A program made the position numbers and the translations under genes. Source: a virus (lineage: Duplodnaviria > Caudoviricetes). From it: a stretch of 40,991 nt of DNA. The notes under the pieces are model-generated. The model saw only the letters and a program-made list of their open reading frames with translations, ran no database searches and was not told where the DNA came from. The stretch covers positions 1 through 40,991 of the IMG/VR virus record IMGVR_UViG_3300017784_005923; one strand, written 5' to 3'. Positions 9,277 to 18,689 of this stretch are shown here, one piece after another (position 1 is the stretch's first letter; every line of letters starts with the position of its first letter).

Positions 9277-10956
9277 ATGCCTTATGATGATATTTACTTA
9301 GGTAATCCATTACTTAAGAAAGCAAATGTAAATATACAATTTACTCCAGATCAAGTTAAAGAATTTATAAAATGTAAAGAAGACCCTGTATATTTTGCTA
9401 ATAATTACATTAAAATTGTTAGTGTAGATGAAGGATTAGTTCCTTTCATTATATACCCGTTTCAAGAAAAATTAATTAAAAATTTTCATAATAACAGATT
9501 TAACATTTGTAAGATGCCCAGACAATCTGGAAAATCTACAACTGTAGTTTCATATCTTTTACATTATGTTGTATTTAATGATAATGTAAACGTTGGTATT
9601 CTAGCAAATAAAGCATCAACAGCAAAAGATCTTCTTGGGAGATTGCAAAAGTCCTATGAAAATCTTCCTAAATGGATGCAACAAGGTGTCCAAGTTTGGA
9701 ACAAAGCATCATTAGAATTAGAAAATGGATCTAAAATTATAGCAGCATCAACATCAGCATCAGCTGTTAGAGGTATGTCTTTTAATATTATTTTCTTAGA
9801 CGAATTCGCTTTTATTCCAAATCACATTGCTGATGACTTTTTTAGTTCTGTATATCCAACAATATCATCTGGTAAAACTACTAAAGTAATTATCGTATCT
9901 ACGCCAAAAGGTATGAATCACTTCTACCGTTTATGGCATGATTCTGAAAGAGGTAGAAATGAATATATTCCAACTGAAGTTCATTGGACTGAAGTTCCTG
10001 GAAGAGATGCTGCTTGGAAAGAACAAACAATTAGTAATACATCAGAACAACAATTTCAACAAGAATTTGAATGTGATTTCTTAGGATCATCAGATACATT
10101 AATTTCTAGCGCCAAATTAAAGTCTTTAATATTTGAAGACCCGATACAAAAAAATAAAGGTTTAGATGTTTATATAAATCCAATTGAAGATCGAAATTAT
10201 TTCATAACTGTTGATGTTGCTAGAGGAACTGAAAACGATTATTCAGCATTTATTGTTTTTGACATTACAGAATTTCCTTGGAAAGTTGTTGCGAAATATA
10301 AAAACAATCAAATTAAACCAATGCTTTTTCCTAGCATTATAGGTGATGTTGCTAAGGCTTATAATCAATCATATATTTTGGTTGAAATTAACGATATTGG
10401 AGAACAGGTTGCAAATATTTTGCATTTTGATCTTGAATATGAAAATGTCTTAATGTGTTCAATGCGTGGAAGAGCAGGTCAAATTGTTGGCCAAGGATTT
10501 TCTGGAACTAAATCTCAACTTGGAATAAAAATGTCCAAGACAGTAAAAAAAATTGGATGTTCTAACTTAAAAACTTTAATCGAAGATGACAAACTCATAT
10601 TTAATGATTATGATATCATATCGGAACTAACTACTTTTATTCAAAGAAATCATTCCTTTGAAGCAGAACAAGGAGCAAATGATGATTTAGCAATGTGTCT
10701 TGTAATATTTGCATGGTTAGTAATTCAACCATACTTTAAAGAAATGACAGATAATGATATTCGTAAAAGAATATATGACGAACAAAAAAATCAAATTGAA
10801 CAAGACATGGCACCATTTGGTTTTATTGTAAATGGATTAGATGAAGATATTGAAGTTATTGATAAAGACACTGGAGACAGATGGACGAGAGTAAATAATT
10901 CCAATGGAAATTTAGATGAGTATGGAAATAATTCTTTTATGTGGGATTATGTTTAA
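9277..10956 (+). CDS. gp17: Terminase large subunit gp17
   Basis: Walker A (PRQSGKST), Walker B (IIFLDEFAF), STPKG.NHFY, and nuclease motifs VDVARG...DYSAF and DDLAM. Confidence 0.98.
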   Translation: MPYDDIYLGNPLLKKANVNIQFTPDQVKEFIKCKEDPVYFANNYIKIVSVDEGLVPFIIYPFQEKLIKNFHNNRFNICKMPRQSGKSTTVVSYLLHYVVFNDNVNVGILANKASTAKDLLGRLQKSYENLPKWMQQGVQVWNKASLELENGSKIIAASTSASAVRGMSFNIIFLDEFAFIPNHIADDFFSSVYPTISSGKTTKVIIVSTPKGMNHFYRLWHDSERGRNEYIPTEVHWTEVPGRDAAWKEQTISNTSEQQFQQEFECDFLGSSDTLISSAKLKSLIFEDPIQKNKGLDVYINPIEDRNYFITVDVARGTENDYSAFIVFDITEFPWKVVAKYKNNQIKPMLFPSIIGDVAKAYNQSYILVEINDIGEQVANILHFDLEYENVLMCSMRGRAGQIVGQGFSGTKSQLGIKMSKTVKKIGCSNLKTLIEDDKLIFNDYDIISELTTFIQRNHSFEAEQGANDDLAMCLVIFAWLVIQPYFKEMTDNDIRKRIYDEQKNQIEQDMAPFGFIVNGLDEDIEVIDKDTGDRWTRVNNSNGNLDEYGNNSFMWDYV

Positions 10957-10967
10957 AAGGAGGAATT

Positions 10968-10975
10968 TATAAATA
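10968..10975 (+). promoter_or_regulatory. T4-type late promoter
   Basis: Exact TATAAATA upstream of gp18. Confidence 0.75.
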
Positions 10976-11012
10976 TCTTATAGAGAAATGAAGATTCATC
11001 AGAGGGATTAAA

Positions 11013-13661
11013 ATGCCTATAGGTTTGGTATCACCTGGAATTAAAGTTAGAGAAGTTGATTTAACGCAAGGACGTATAGACAGTGTAACTACTACTACTG
11101 GTGGAATTGTTTGTCCATTTGCACAAGGACCTGTAGAAGAACCTGTATTTATTGATAGTGAGCAAGCATTAATAGATACTTTTGGAAAACCTTCAGATAA
11201 TGATAACCACTATGAGTATTGGTTATCTGCATCAAATTATCTCACATATGGTGGGACAATGCGTGTTGTAAGAGTTGATGGAACTAATTTAAATAATGCT
11301 AATGCAAGTAAAACAACTCCTGGAACTGGAGAGACATTAAAAATAAAAAGTTATGAAAATTATCAAAATAATTTCACAACTGCATCAACTTGGTTTTGGG
11401 CAGCAAAAAACCCAGGATCTTGGGCAAATGAAATTAAAGTTTGTGTAATTGATGGATTTGCTGATCAAATTATTAGTGGTATTAATACATCTAATAAAAA
11501 TGTAAGAGTTGGTGCTGCAGTAACTCAAGCAATTTCAGGTGTTGTTGCGGGAAATGGAACAACTTCATTATTCACTGGTTTTATAAAAGGAATTATTACT
11601 GGTGTTGGAAATACACTTTTAAACCCAACTTCTAGTGGTGTAGGAACTGATAGTATTACGGTTAGAGTTGTATCAACTGTTGGATCTTCGGTAACAGAAA
11701 CAGAAACAGTTGGAATAGTAACAACCTTATTAGCGGCAGGTATTGGAACCAATATAGTTTCTATTGCGAGTACATCAGGGTTATCAGTTGGTAATGCCTT
11801 CCTTCCAGGCAATATTGTAGTTTCTTCATTTGGATCAACAACAGCAACAGTTGGAATAGTAACAACCTTATTAGAGGCAAGTATTGGAACCGCTATAGTT
11901 TCTGTTGCGAGTACATCAGGGTTATTAGCTAATGATTTCTTCATTCCAGGCAATATTGTAGTTTCTTCAATTGGATCAACAACAGTATCTCTTGCAAGTA
12001 CAATTTCGGCAACGATTACAGTTGGTACTTCAGTTACTTTTACTAGAACTGTCCCCACAGTATCTCTTGCAAGTACAATTTCGGCAGCGATTACAGTTGG
12101 TACTTCAGTTACTTTCACTACAACTGTCTCCGTTGCAGGAACAGAAACAGCAACCGTTTACACTGAAGGTGGTTTATTTTCCTTCAGTGCGGGAACGATT
12201 GGAGTTTCTTCGGTAACTATTGGCAGTGGAACAAGCACCTTTACAAACACCTCACAACAAGATTGGTACGATTTACAGGATGTCGGATTAGATAATTCCG
12301 ATCTTTTATGGAAAGAAATTGCAGAAAGACCAAAAACCAGTAATTTTGCCACTAACAGAAGTGGGAAAAATGATGAGATTCATATTGTTATTATTGATGA
12401 TAAAGGAAAGATTTCAGGAACTCCTGGAACAATTCTTGAAAAATTTGTAGGACTTTCTAAAGCAGTAGATGCTACTTCTTCCACATCTGGTCCAATCTAT
12501 TATAAGAATTTTATAGCAGATAATTCGCAATACTTATTTGCTGGAGATGCTGAAGTTGGAAAACCAACTGGATTCAGTAGTGGAATTACATCGATTACTA
12601 ATGGCGATGGAGCTTGGGGATTAAATGCTCAAGGTACAACATATCATGCTGTTGGTAAAAAAACATATACACTAAAAGGTGGAAATAATTATGGTACTAG
12701 TGATTCAGTAAATCCAAGATTTGAAATTACTCTTGGCAATTTGATTGCAGGGTATGATTTATTTTCAAATCAAAGAGAATATCCAATTAATTTCTTGATT
12801 CAAGGTCCAGGATTTGGTACTAAAGAAGAAACTCAAGCAAAAGCAAACAAATTAATTCAAATTGCTGAATTAAGAAAAGATTGTATTGCATGTATTTCTC
12901 CTCAAAGATCAGCAGTATTAGTTGATCCCGGTGCAGGGGGAAGTTCACCAGTGCCAATTGTAAGCACTAATACTCAAACAACTAATGTTATTTCGTTCTT
13001 TAATTCTGTAACATCATCTTCTTATGCAGTTTTTGATACAGGTTATAAATATCAGTATGATAGATTCAGTAATAAATTTAGATATGTTCCACTAAATGCT
13101 GATATTGCTGGTTGTATGGCCAGAACAGGAATTAATGATTTTGCATGGTTCTCACCTGCTGGTACTAGACGTGGCGTTATTAATAATGCAGTTAAATTAG
13201 CATACAACCCATCACAATCAGAAAGAGATCGTTTATATGTCAGAAGAATCAATCCAGTAATTTATTCACCAGGATCAGGAATTATTCTGTTCGGTGATAA
13301 AACTGGACTTGCAGTTGAATCTGCATTTGATAGAATTAATGTTAGAAGACTGTTCCTTGTTCTTGAAGAGTCAATCGAAAGAGCATCAAGAGCATCACTA
13401 TTTGAATTTAATGATGCAATTACTAGAACAAATTTCATTAATATTACTGAACCATTTCTCCGTGATGTTAAATCTAAAAGGGGTATTCAAGACTTTGTTG
13501 TTATTTGTGATGAAACCAATAATACTCCTGATGTAATTGATGCTAATGAATTTAAAGCTGATATCTATATCAAACCTGCTCGTAGTATCAACTTCATCGG
13601 ACTCACTTTTATTGCTACCAGAACTGGAGTATCTTTTGAAGAAGTTACTGGAAGAACTTAA
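11013..13661 (+). CDS. gp18: Tail sheath protein gp18 (enlarged by inserted domains)
   Basis: SPG..VREVDLT N-terminus; WFSPAG..RG, FDRINVRRLF and IKPARSINFI C-terminal motifs; 882 aa. Confidence 0.97.
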   Translation: MPIGLVSPGIKVREVDLTQGRIDSVTTTTGGIVCPFAQGPVEEPVFIDSEQALIDTFGKPSDNDNHYEYWLSASNYLTYGGTMRVVRVDGTNLNNANASKTTPGTGETLKIKSYENYQNNFTTASTWFWAAKNPGSWANEIKVCVIDGFADQIISGINTSNKNVRVGAAVTQAISGVVAGNGTTSLFTGFIKGIITGVGNTLLNPTSSGVGTDSITVRVVSTVGSSVTETETVGIVTTLLAAGIGTNIVSIASTSGLSVGNAFLPGNIVVSSFGSTTATVGIVTTLLEASIGTAIVSVASTSGLLANDFFIPGNIVVSSIGSTTVSLASTISATITVGTSVTFTRTVPTVSLASTISAAITVGTSVTFTTTVSVAGTETATVYTEGGLFSFSAGTIGVSSVTIGSGTSTFTNTSQQDWYDLQDVGLDNSDLLWKEIAERPKTSNFATNRSGKNDEIHIVIIDDKGKISGTPGTILEKFVGLSKAVDATSSTSGPIYYKNFIADNSQYLFAGDAEVGKPTGFSSGITSITNGDGAWGLNAQGTTYHAVGKKTYTLKGGNNYGTSDSVNPRFEITLGNLIAGYDLFSNQREYPINFLIQGPGFGTKEETQAKANKLIQIAELRKDCIACISPQRSAVLVDPGAGGSSPVPIVSTNTQTTNVISFFNSVTSSSYAVFDTGYKYQYDRFSNKFRYVPLNADIAGCMARTGINDFAWFSPAGTRRGVINNAVKLAYNPSQSERDRLYVRRINPVIYSPGSGIILFGDKTGLAVESAFDRINVRRLFLVLEESIERASRASLFEFNDAITRTNFINITEPFLRDVKSKRGIQDFVVICDETNNTPDVIDANEFKADIYIKPARSINFIGLTFIATRTGVSFEEVTGRT
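11706..12131 (+). repeat. Internal duplications in gp18: 141 nt x2 followed by 75 nt x2
   Basis: acagttggaatagtaacaaccttattag at 11706 and 11847; acagtatctcttgcaagtacaatttcggca at 11982 and 12057. Confidence 0.95.
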
Positions 13662-13694
13662 ATTATAAATTAAAAATAACCATCGGAGAAAAAA

Positions 13695-14324
13695 ATGTCA
13701 TTTCAACAAATTCCAAACTCTGGCAGTGATGGAAGATTTCTAGATAACTTCAAAGGTAGAATGGGTGGGGGCGGTGTTCGTGCCAATCTCTTTGAATGCG
13801 AAATTGCATTCCCAACAATCATTCTTCCTAATGGTGTTACTGAAACCAACATTACAGATAAAATTAAATTCCTAGTCAAAGCATCTTCGCTTCCTGCTTC
13901 AACAATTAGTCCAATTCTTGTTCCTTTTAGAGGGAGAGAACTGAAGATTGCTGGAGACAGAACATTCGAACCATGGTCAGTTACCGTTATTAATGATACT
14001 GATTTTTCAATTAGGGGTTCTTTTGAAAGGTGGATAAATTATTTAAGTAGATCTTTAGATAATGCTGGAGAAGTTAATCCATCAAGTTATCAAAGAGATG
14101 CCTGGGTTTATCAACTTGGACGTGCTGCGATGAATAATGCTGTTGAAAGTTCTGATACTATTCCAGTCTTAAGAGCATACCACATGTATGGAGTTTTTCC
14201 AACTAATGTTTCTGCGATTGCAGTTTCTTATGCTGATAATAGCAGTATTGAAGAATTTACTGTAGACCTTCAAGTTCAATATTGGGAAGCATATAACGGC
14301 AATAAAGGTATCGAAGTTCAGTGA
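13695..14324 (+). CDS. gp19: Tail tube protein gp19
   Basis: GGG.R.NLFE, LP.S....I.VPFRGR.LKIAGDRTF..W..TV.ND and IEEF.V..QVQ.W motifs. Confidence 0.97.
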   Translation: MSFQQIPNSGSDGRFLDNFKGRMGGGGVRANLFECEIAFPTIILPNGVTETNITDKIKFLVKASSLPASTISPILVPFRGRELKIAGDRTFEPWSVTVINDTDFSIRGSFERWINYLSRSLDNAGEVNPSSYQRDAWVYQLGRAAMNNAVESSDTIPVLRAYHMYGVFPTNVSAIAVSYADNSSIEEFTVDLQVQYWEAYNGNKGIEVQ

Positions 14325-14363
14325 TCATAAATAGTTTGACACAATGTTAAATGTAATTATACT

Positions 14364-16106
14364 ATGTCTGGACTTTTTGGATTTTCAATAAATAAAAGTA
14401 CTCCTAAACCTAAAAAACAAATCAGTCCTGTTGCTCAATCAAATGAGGATGGGTCTGATTATTATATTAGCAGTGGTTTTTATGGTCAATATGTAGACAT
14501 TGAAGGTGTTTATAAAACTGAATATGATCTCTTAAAAAGATATCGTGAAATGGCTTTACATCCAGAGTGTGATCGTGCAATTGAAGATGTTGTTAATGAA
14601 GCAATTGTATCAGATTTAAATGATTCCCCAATTCAAATTGAATTATCTAATTTAAGAGTAGATGAAAATATTAAACAAATTATCAGAGAAGAGTTTAAAT
14701 ACGTTAAAGATTTAATGCAATTTGATAAAAAATGTCATGAAATTTTTAGAAACTGGTATGTAGACGGAAGAATTTATTATCATAAAGTAATTGATTTGGA
14801 TAATCCACAGGAAGGTATCAAAGAAATTAGATATATTGATGCTATGAAAATTAGGTTTGTAAGAGAACTTAAAAAAATAAATAACGGTTCAAGTTCAGTT
14901 AATATTTCAAATACATCATCTATAAACAATGTTTTTGGAAAGACTGATGATAGTGCTTTAGATTTTCCAGAAATTGAAGAATACTTCGTATACACTCCAA
15001 AATTAACTGGATATTCAGCCGCATCTGCGGGAAATTCCGGTGGAGGTGGATATGGAAAAGGTATTAAAATTTCTAAAGATGCTATTTCTTATATATCCTC
15101 AGGTCTTGTAGATCGAAACAAACAAAATGTTTTATCATATTTACATAAGGCAATTAAGGCACTTAATCAATTAAGAATGATTGAGGATTCTTTAGTTATC
15201 TATAGAATGTCTCGTGCTCCGGAACGAAGAATTTTTTATATTGATGTAGGTAATCTTCCTAAAATTAAAGCGGAACAATATCTTAAAGAAATTATGAGTC
15301 GCTATCGAAATAAGATAGTTTATGATTCTAGCACAGGAGAAATTCGTGATGATAAAAAACACATGAGTATGTTGGAAGATTATTGGCTTCCAAGAAGAGA
15401 AGGTGGTCGTGGTACAGAGATTACCACACTTCCCGGTGGACAAAATCTTGGCGAATTAACTGATGTTGAGTATTTTCAGAAAAAACTTTATAGAGCTTTA
15501 GGTATTCCAGAATCTAGAATAGGAGCAGATCAAGGATTTAATCTAGGAAGATCTTCCGAAATTTTACGAGACGAAATTCAATTCTCAAGGTTTGTAGGAA
15601 GACTTAGAAAGAAATTCAGTAATCTTTTTCATGATATGTTGAGAACTCAACTTATTTTAAAGAATATTGTAACCCCTGAAGAATGGGATTTGATGGGGGA
15701 ACATATTCAATATGATTACTTATACGATAATCATTTCGCAGAATTAAAACAAACAGAATTGATGAACGAAAGAATGAATCTTTTGCAAGTAATGGATCCT
15801 CATATAGGTAAATATTATTCTGTAGATTATATTAGAAAAAATATTTTGAAACAGACTGATCAAGAGATTGTAGAAGAAGATCAAAAAATGGCGTATGAAA
15901 AAGAAGTTGGAATTATTCAACCTAAAGAACCACCGATTGATCCATCAACAGGAATGCCAATGGATTATATTAAGGGTGTTGGTTCCAAACTTGTTAAGAA
16001 AACTCAAAATCAAAATACTAAAGATCTTGAGATTGGATTAGGAAAACCTTCAAAAGATCCAGATTTAGAAAAAGAGGCTAAATCTACTAAAACACCAGAA
16101 AAATAA
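14364..16106 (+). CDS. gp20: Portal protein gp20
   Basis: WYVDGR.YYHK, NQLRMIEDSLVIYR..RAPERRIFYIDVGNLPK.KAEQY and EDYWLPRREGGRGTEI.TLPGGQNLG motifs. Confidence 0.98.
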   Translation: MSGLFGFSINKSTPKPKKQISPVAQSNEDGSDYYISSGFYGQYVDIEGVYKTEYDLLKRYREMALHPECDRAIEDVVNEAIVSDLNDSPIQIELSNLRVDENIKQIIREEFKYVKDLMQFDKKCHEIFRNWYVDGRIYYHKVIDLDNPQEGIKEIRYIDAMKIRFVRELKKINNGSSSVNISNTSSINNVFGKTDDSALDFPEIEEYFVYTPKLTGYSAASAGNSGGGGYGKGIKISKDAISYISSGLVDRNKQNVLSYLHKAIKALNQLRMIEDSLVIYRMSRAPERRIFYIDVGNLPKIKAEQYLKEIMSRYRNKIVYDSSTGEIRDDKKHMSMLEDYWLPRREGGRGTEITTLPGGQNLGELTDVEYFQKKLYRALGIPESRIGADQGFNLGRSSEILRDEIQFSRFVGRLRKKFSNLFHDMLRTQLILKNIVTPEEWDLMGEHIQYDYLYDNHFAELKQTELMNERMNLLQVMDPHIGKYYSVDYIRKNILKQTDQEIVEEDQKMAYEKEVGIIQPKEPPIDPSTGMPMDYIKGVGSKLVKKTQNQNTKDLEIGLGKPSKDPDLEKEAKSTKTPEK

Positions 16107-16125
16107 AATACCAATAGAAAATAAT

Positions 16126-16133
16126 TATAAATA
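16126..16133 (+). promoter_or_regulatory. T4-type late promoter
   Basis: Exact TATAAATA 21 nt upstream of ATG 16155. Confidence 0.75.
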
Positions 16134-16154
16134 ATTAAAAATTATTAACAATTT

Positions 16155-16328
16155 ATGGAAACTTCGGAATTTGTTGACATGATAATGTCTGATGCATCTC
16201 CTGCGGATTTAGCAGATAATATCAAACAAATGTTATTTGATAGATCGGTTCAAATGGTTGATGATGTAAGACCATATGTTTCAGCACAATTGTTTGATCC
16301 CACACAACAAGAGGTAGAAGAAGAGTAA
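16155..16328 (+). CDS. Small acidic protein at the prohead-core (gp67-like) position; absent from the ORF track
   Basis: Hand translation gives 57 aa METSEFVDMIMSDASPADLADNIKQMLFDRSVQMVDDVRPYVSAQLFDPTQQEVEEE*. Late promoter upstream, TAATG coupling to the next gene, located between gp20 and gp21. Confidence 0.8.
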   Translation: METSEFVDMIMSDASPADLADNIKQMLFDRSVQMVDDVRPYVSAQLFDPTQQEVEEE

Positions 16329-16861
16329 TGGCACATAAAACAGTAGGAACAGGAACTACGGTTGCAATTTTAGCAGGAACTGGATCAACATCTATTCCCA
16401 TTTCATTACAAACTGGATTTTTAAGAATTGCAACATCAGTTGCATCTCATGTTGGAATTGCATCTACAGCAACTGCAACAACATCCAGAAATGATTATTT
16501 TGTTCCAACATCTGATGTTGCAATTTTAAAAGATAGAATTGCATCAAATCGAGTGAGTGCTGCAACCACAGGTACATCAACTGTTTATACTTTCAGTGAA
16601 AACACTGGAAATCCATTTCTGGTCGGAGATTTTGTAACAGTTACTGGATCTTCGGTTGCTGCTTATAACTGTAGTCATCAATTAATTACAACATTAAATG
16701 CAACTCCAGGTTCAGAATCAATTACAGTTTCATTTAATACTTCTTCTGCTGCAGCGTTTACTGGAAATGCTGATGCAAGAAGATCCGTGGTAGTTAATAC
16801 TTTTGGAAATTCATCTGGTTATGCACAAATTTCACAAGTTCAAATAACATCACAAGCATAA
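16328..16861 (+). CDS. Hypothetical, probably structural, Ser/Thr-rich beta protein
   Basis: 177 aa ORF translationally coupled within the head operon. Confidence 0.7.
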   Translation: MAHKTVGTGTTVAILAGTGSTSIPISLQTGFLRIATSVASHVGIASTATATTSRNDYFVPTSDVAILKDRIASNRVSAATTGTSTVYTFSENTGNPFLVGDFVTVTGSSVAAYNCSHQLITTLNATPGSESITVSFNTSSAAAFTGNADARRSVVVNTFGNSSGYAQISQVQITSQA

Positions 16862-16863
16862 CC

Positions 16864-17508
16864 ATGAAACTAATTACAGAACAGATCGAATCCATTAAAG
16901 TTATTAGAGAAGAAAAAAACGGTAAAACTAATTTGTATATTACTGGACCTTTTCTTCAGGCAGAAGTTACCAATAGGAATGGACGTTCTTATCCATTTCC
17001 AATTTTAGAAAGAGAAGTTCAAAAATATACTGATAAGTATATCAGTTGTGGTAGAGCACTAGGAGAACTTGGACATCCAGATGGGCCAACTGTAAATTTG
17101 CATAGAGTATCACACATGATCACTAGTTTAAAATCTGAAGGAAATAATTTTATAGGAAAAGCAAAAATTCTTGATACTCCAATGGGAAATATTGCTAAAT
17201 CTCTTTTAGATGAAGGAGTTAAACTTGGGGTTTCTTCAAGAGGAGTTGGTTCTCTTGTTGAAAGAAATGGCGTTAAATATGTTGGAGATGACTTTATGTT
17301 ATCAACTGCTGCAGATATTGTAGCAGATCCCTCGGCACCTGATGCTTTTGTTCAAGGAATTATGGAGGGGAAAGAATGGGTTTGGCAAAATGGCAAACTT
17401 GCAGAACAAACTTTAAATGGTTTATTAACAATGAAAATGAGTTCAGATAAAAAAATAAATGAGGAAAAATTACTAAATCTCTTCAATTATTACCTGAAAA
17501 ATCTTTAA
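16864..17508 (+). CDS. gp21: Prohead protease gp21
   Basis: NRNGR.Y, ALGELGHP, LGVSSRG.GS and DIVADPSAPDAFV motifs. Confidence 0.97.
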   Translation: MKLITEQIESIKVIREEKNGKTNLYITGPFLQAEVTNRNGRSYPFPILEREVQKYTDKYISCGRALGELGHPDGPTVNLHRVSHMITSLKSEGNNFIGKAKILDTPMGNIAKSLLDEGVKLGVSSRGVGSLVERNGVKYVGDDFMLSTAADIVADPSAPDAFVQGIMEGKEWVWQNGKLAEQTLNGLLTMKMSSDKKINEEKLLNLFNYYLKNL

Positions 17509-17562
17509 TTGATAAATAAATAATAGAATAAAGACAGTTAAAATTTATTCGGAGAGATCTAA

Positions 17563-18639
17563 ATGTCAATTAGTAATTTACAAGAAATGCACCCTACAGC
17601 AACTAATCAATCCAAATCTGCGGTAAATGCAACCGCTCAACCTGGAGATCCAATGTTGAGTAATGGAGCCTTTGTTGGTGGAACTCCTGGACAAAGTGTT
17701 ACTGACCTCGGTGGACCAACCCCAGATAATTATAGATCAACAGATGATTCTGCAAAATTGAATCTTGCTTCTGTTGCGTCTGTAAGGAATGTAGTTAATG
17801 CTCAGGCAATGAGAGCAGAAGAAGAAGATCATGAAGATGAAGAAGTTATCTCCGAAGTAGAAGAACCTGAAGAAACTGAAGAAATTGAAGAGTACGAAGA
17901 AGATAATGATGAACTTGAAATTAATGTAGACGAAGATATTCAAGCTTTATTTGGCGATGAAGATCTTTCTGAAGAATTTAAAGAAAACGCAAAAATTATT
18001 TTTGAAACAGCACTTAGAACTAAAATTCAAGAAGCTGCTGATATGATTACTGCTCGCTACGAAAAAGCACTTGAAGAAAACGTAGCAGCAATTCATAGCG
18101 AACTGACAGAGAGAGTTGACTCTTATCTAGAATATGTTGCTGGTGAATGGATTACTGAAAACGCTCTTCAAGTAGAGCGCGGACTTAAATCCGAACTCTC
18201 GGAGTCCTTCATGACTGGACTCAAGAGTCTTTTTGAAGATCATTATGTAGAAATCCCTGAAGAAAAATATAATGTGCTAGAAAGCATGGTAGACAAACTT
18301 GATGACATGGAGACGAAGCTCAACGAACAGATCGAAAGAAACGTTCAGTTAACTCAAAGACTTAGTGAATCAGTTTCCGATAGCATCTTCCACGGAGTTG
18401 CTAGAGGTCTCTCAGAGACCCAAAAAGGAAAACTCTCAAGTCTTTCAGAAAGTGTTGAGTTCATTAGTGAACAGGACTATCGTGGGAAGTTGGAAGTTCT
18501 CAAAGAATCATATTTTTCTAGAACTCCAGTAACTCAATCTAGGGTTAATGATGATGAAATGCTTGGAACAAAGTCAGAAACTCTTACAGAGTCAATGGAC
18601 ATGTATATCAGAGCAGCTCAAAAATACTCTATTAAGTGA
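17563..18639 (+). CDS. gp22: Prohead core scaffold protein gp22
   Basis: Very acidic coiled coil with LSEEFK..A..IFE.A and VD.YL.YV..EW..EN motifs, between gp21 and gp23. Confidence 0.95.
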   Translation: MSISNLQEMHPTATNQSKSAVNATAQPGDPMLSNGAFVGGTPGQSVTDLGGPTPDNYRSTDDSAKLNLASVASVRNVVNAQAMRAEEEDHEDEEVISEVEEPEETEEIEEYEEDNDELEINVDEDIQALFGDEDLSEEFKENAKIIFETALRTKIQEAADMITARYEKALEENVAAIHSELTERVDSYLEYVAGEWITENALQVERGLKSELSESFMTGLKSLFEDHYVEIPEEKYNVLESMVDKLDDMETKLNEQIERNVQLTQRLSESVSDSIFHGVARGLSETQKGKLSSLSESVEFISEQDYRGKLEVLKESYFSRTPVTQSRVNDDEMLGTKSETLTESMDMYIRAAQKYSIK

Positions 18640-18689
18640 TTTTTAAATTATAAACTCACACAAATTTTAACTAACGGAGAAAACTTCTA

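Noticed and set aside
11706-12131. gp18 repeats as a DGR template/variable pair or a CRISPR array
   Set aside because: Both copies are in-frame coding, differences are not confined to adenines, there are no spacers, and no reverse transcriptase or cas gene is in the window.
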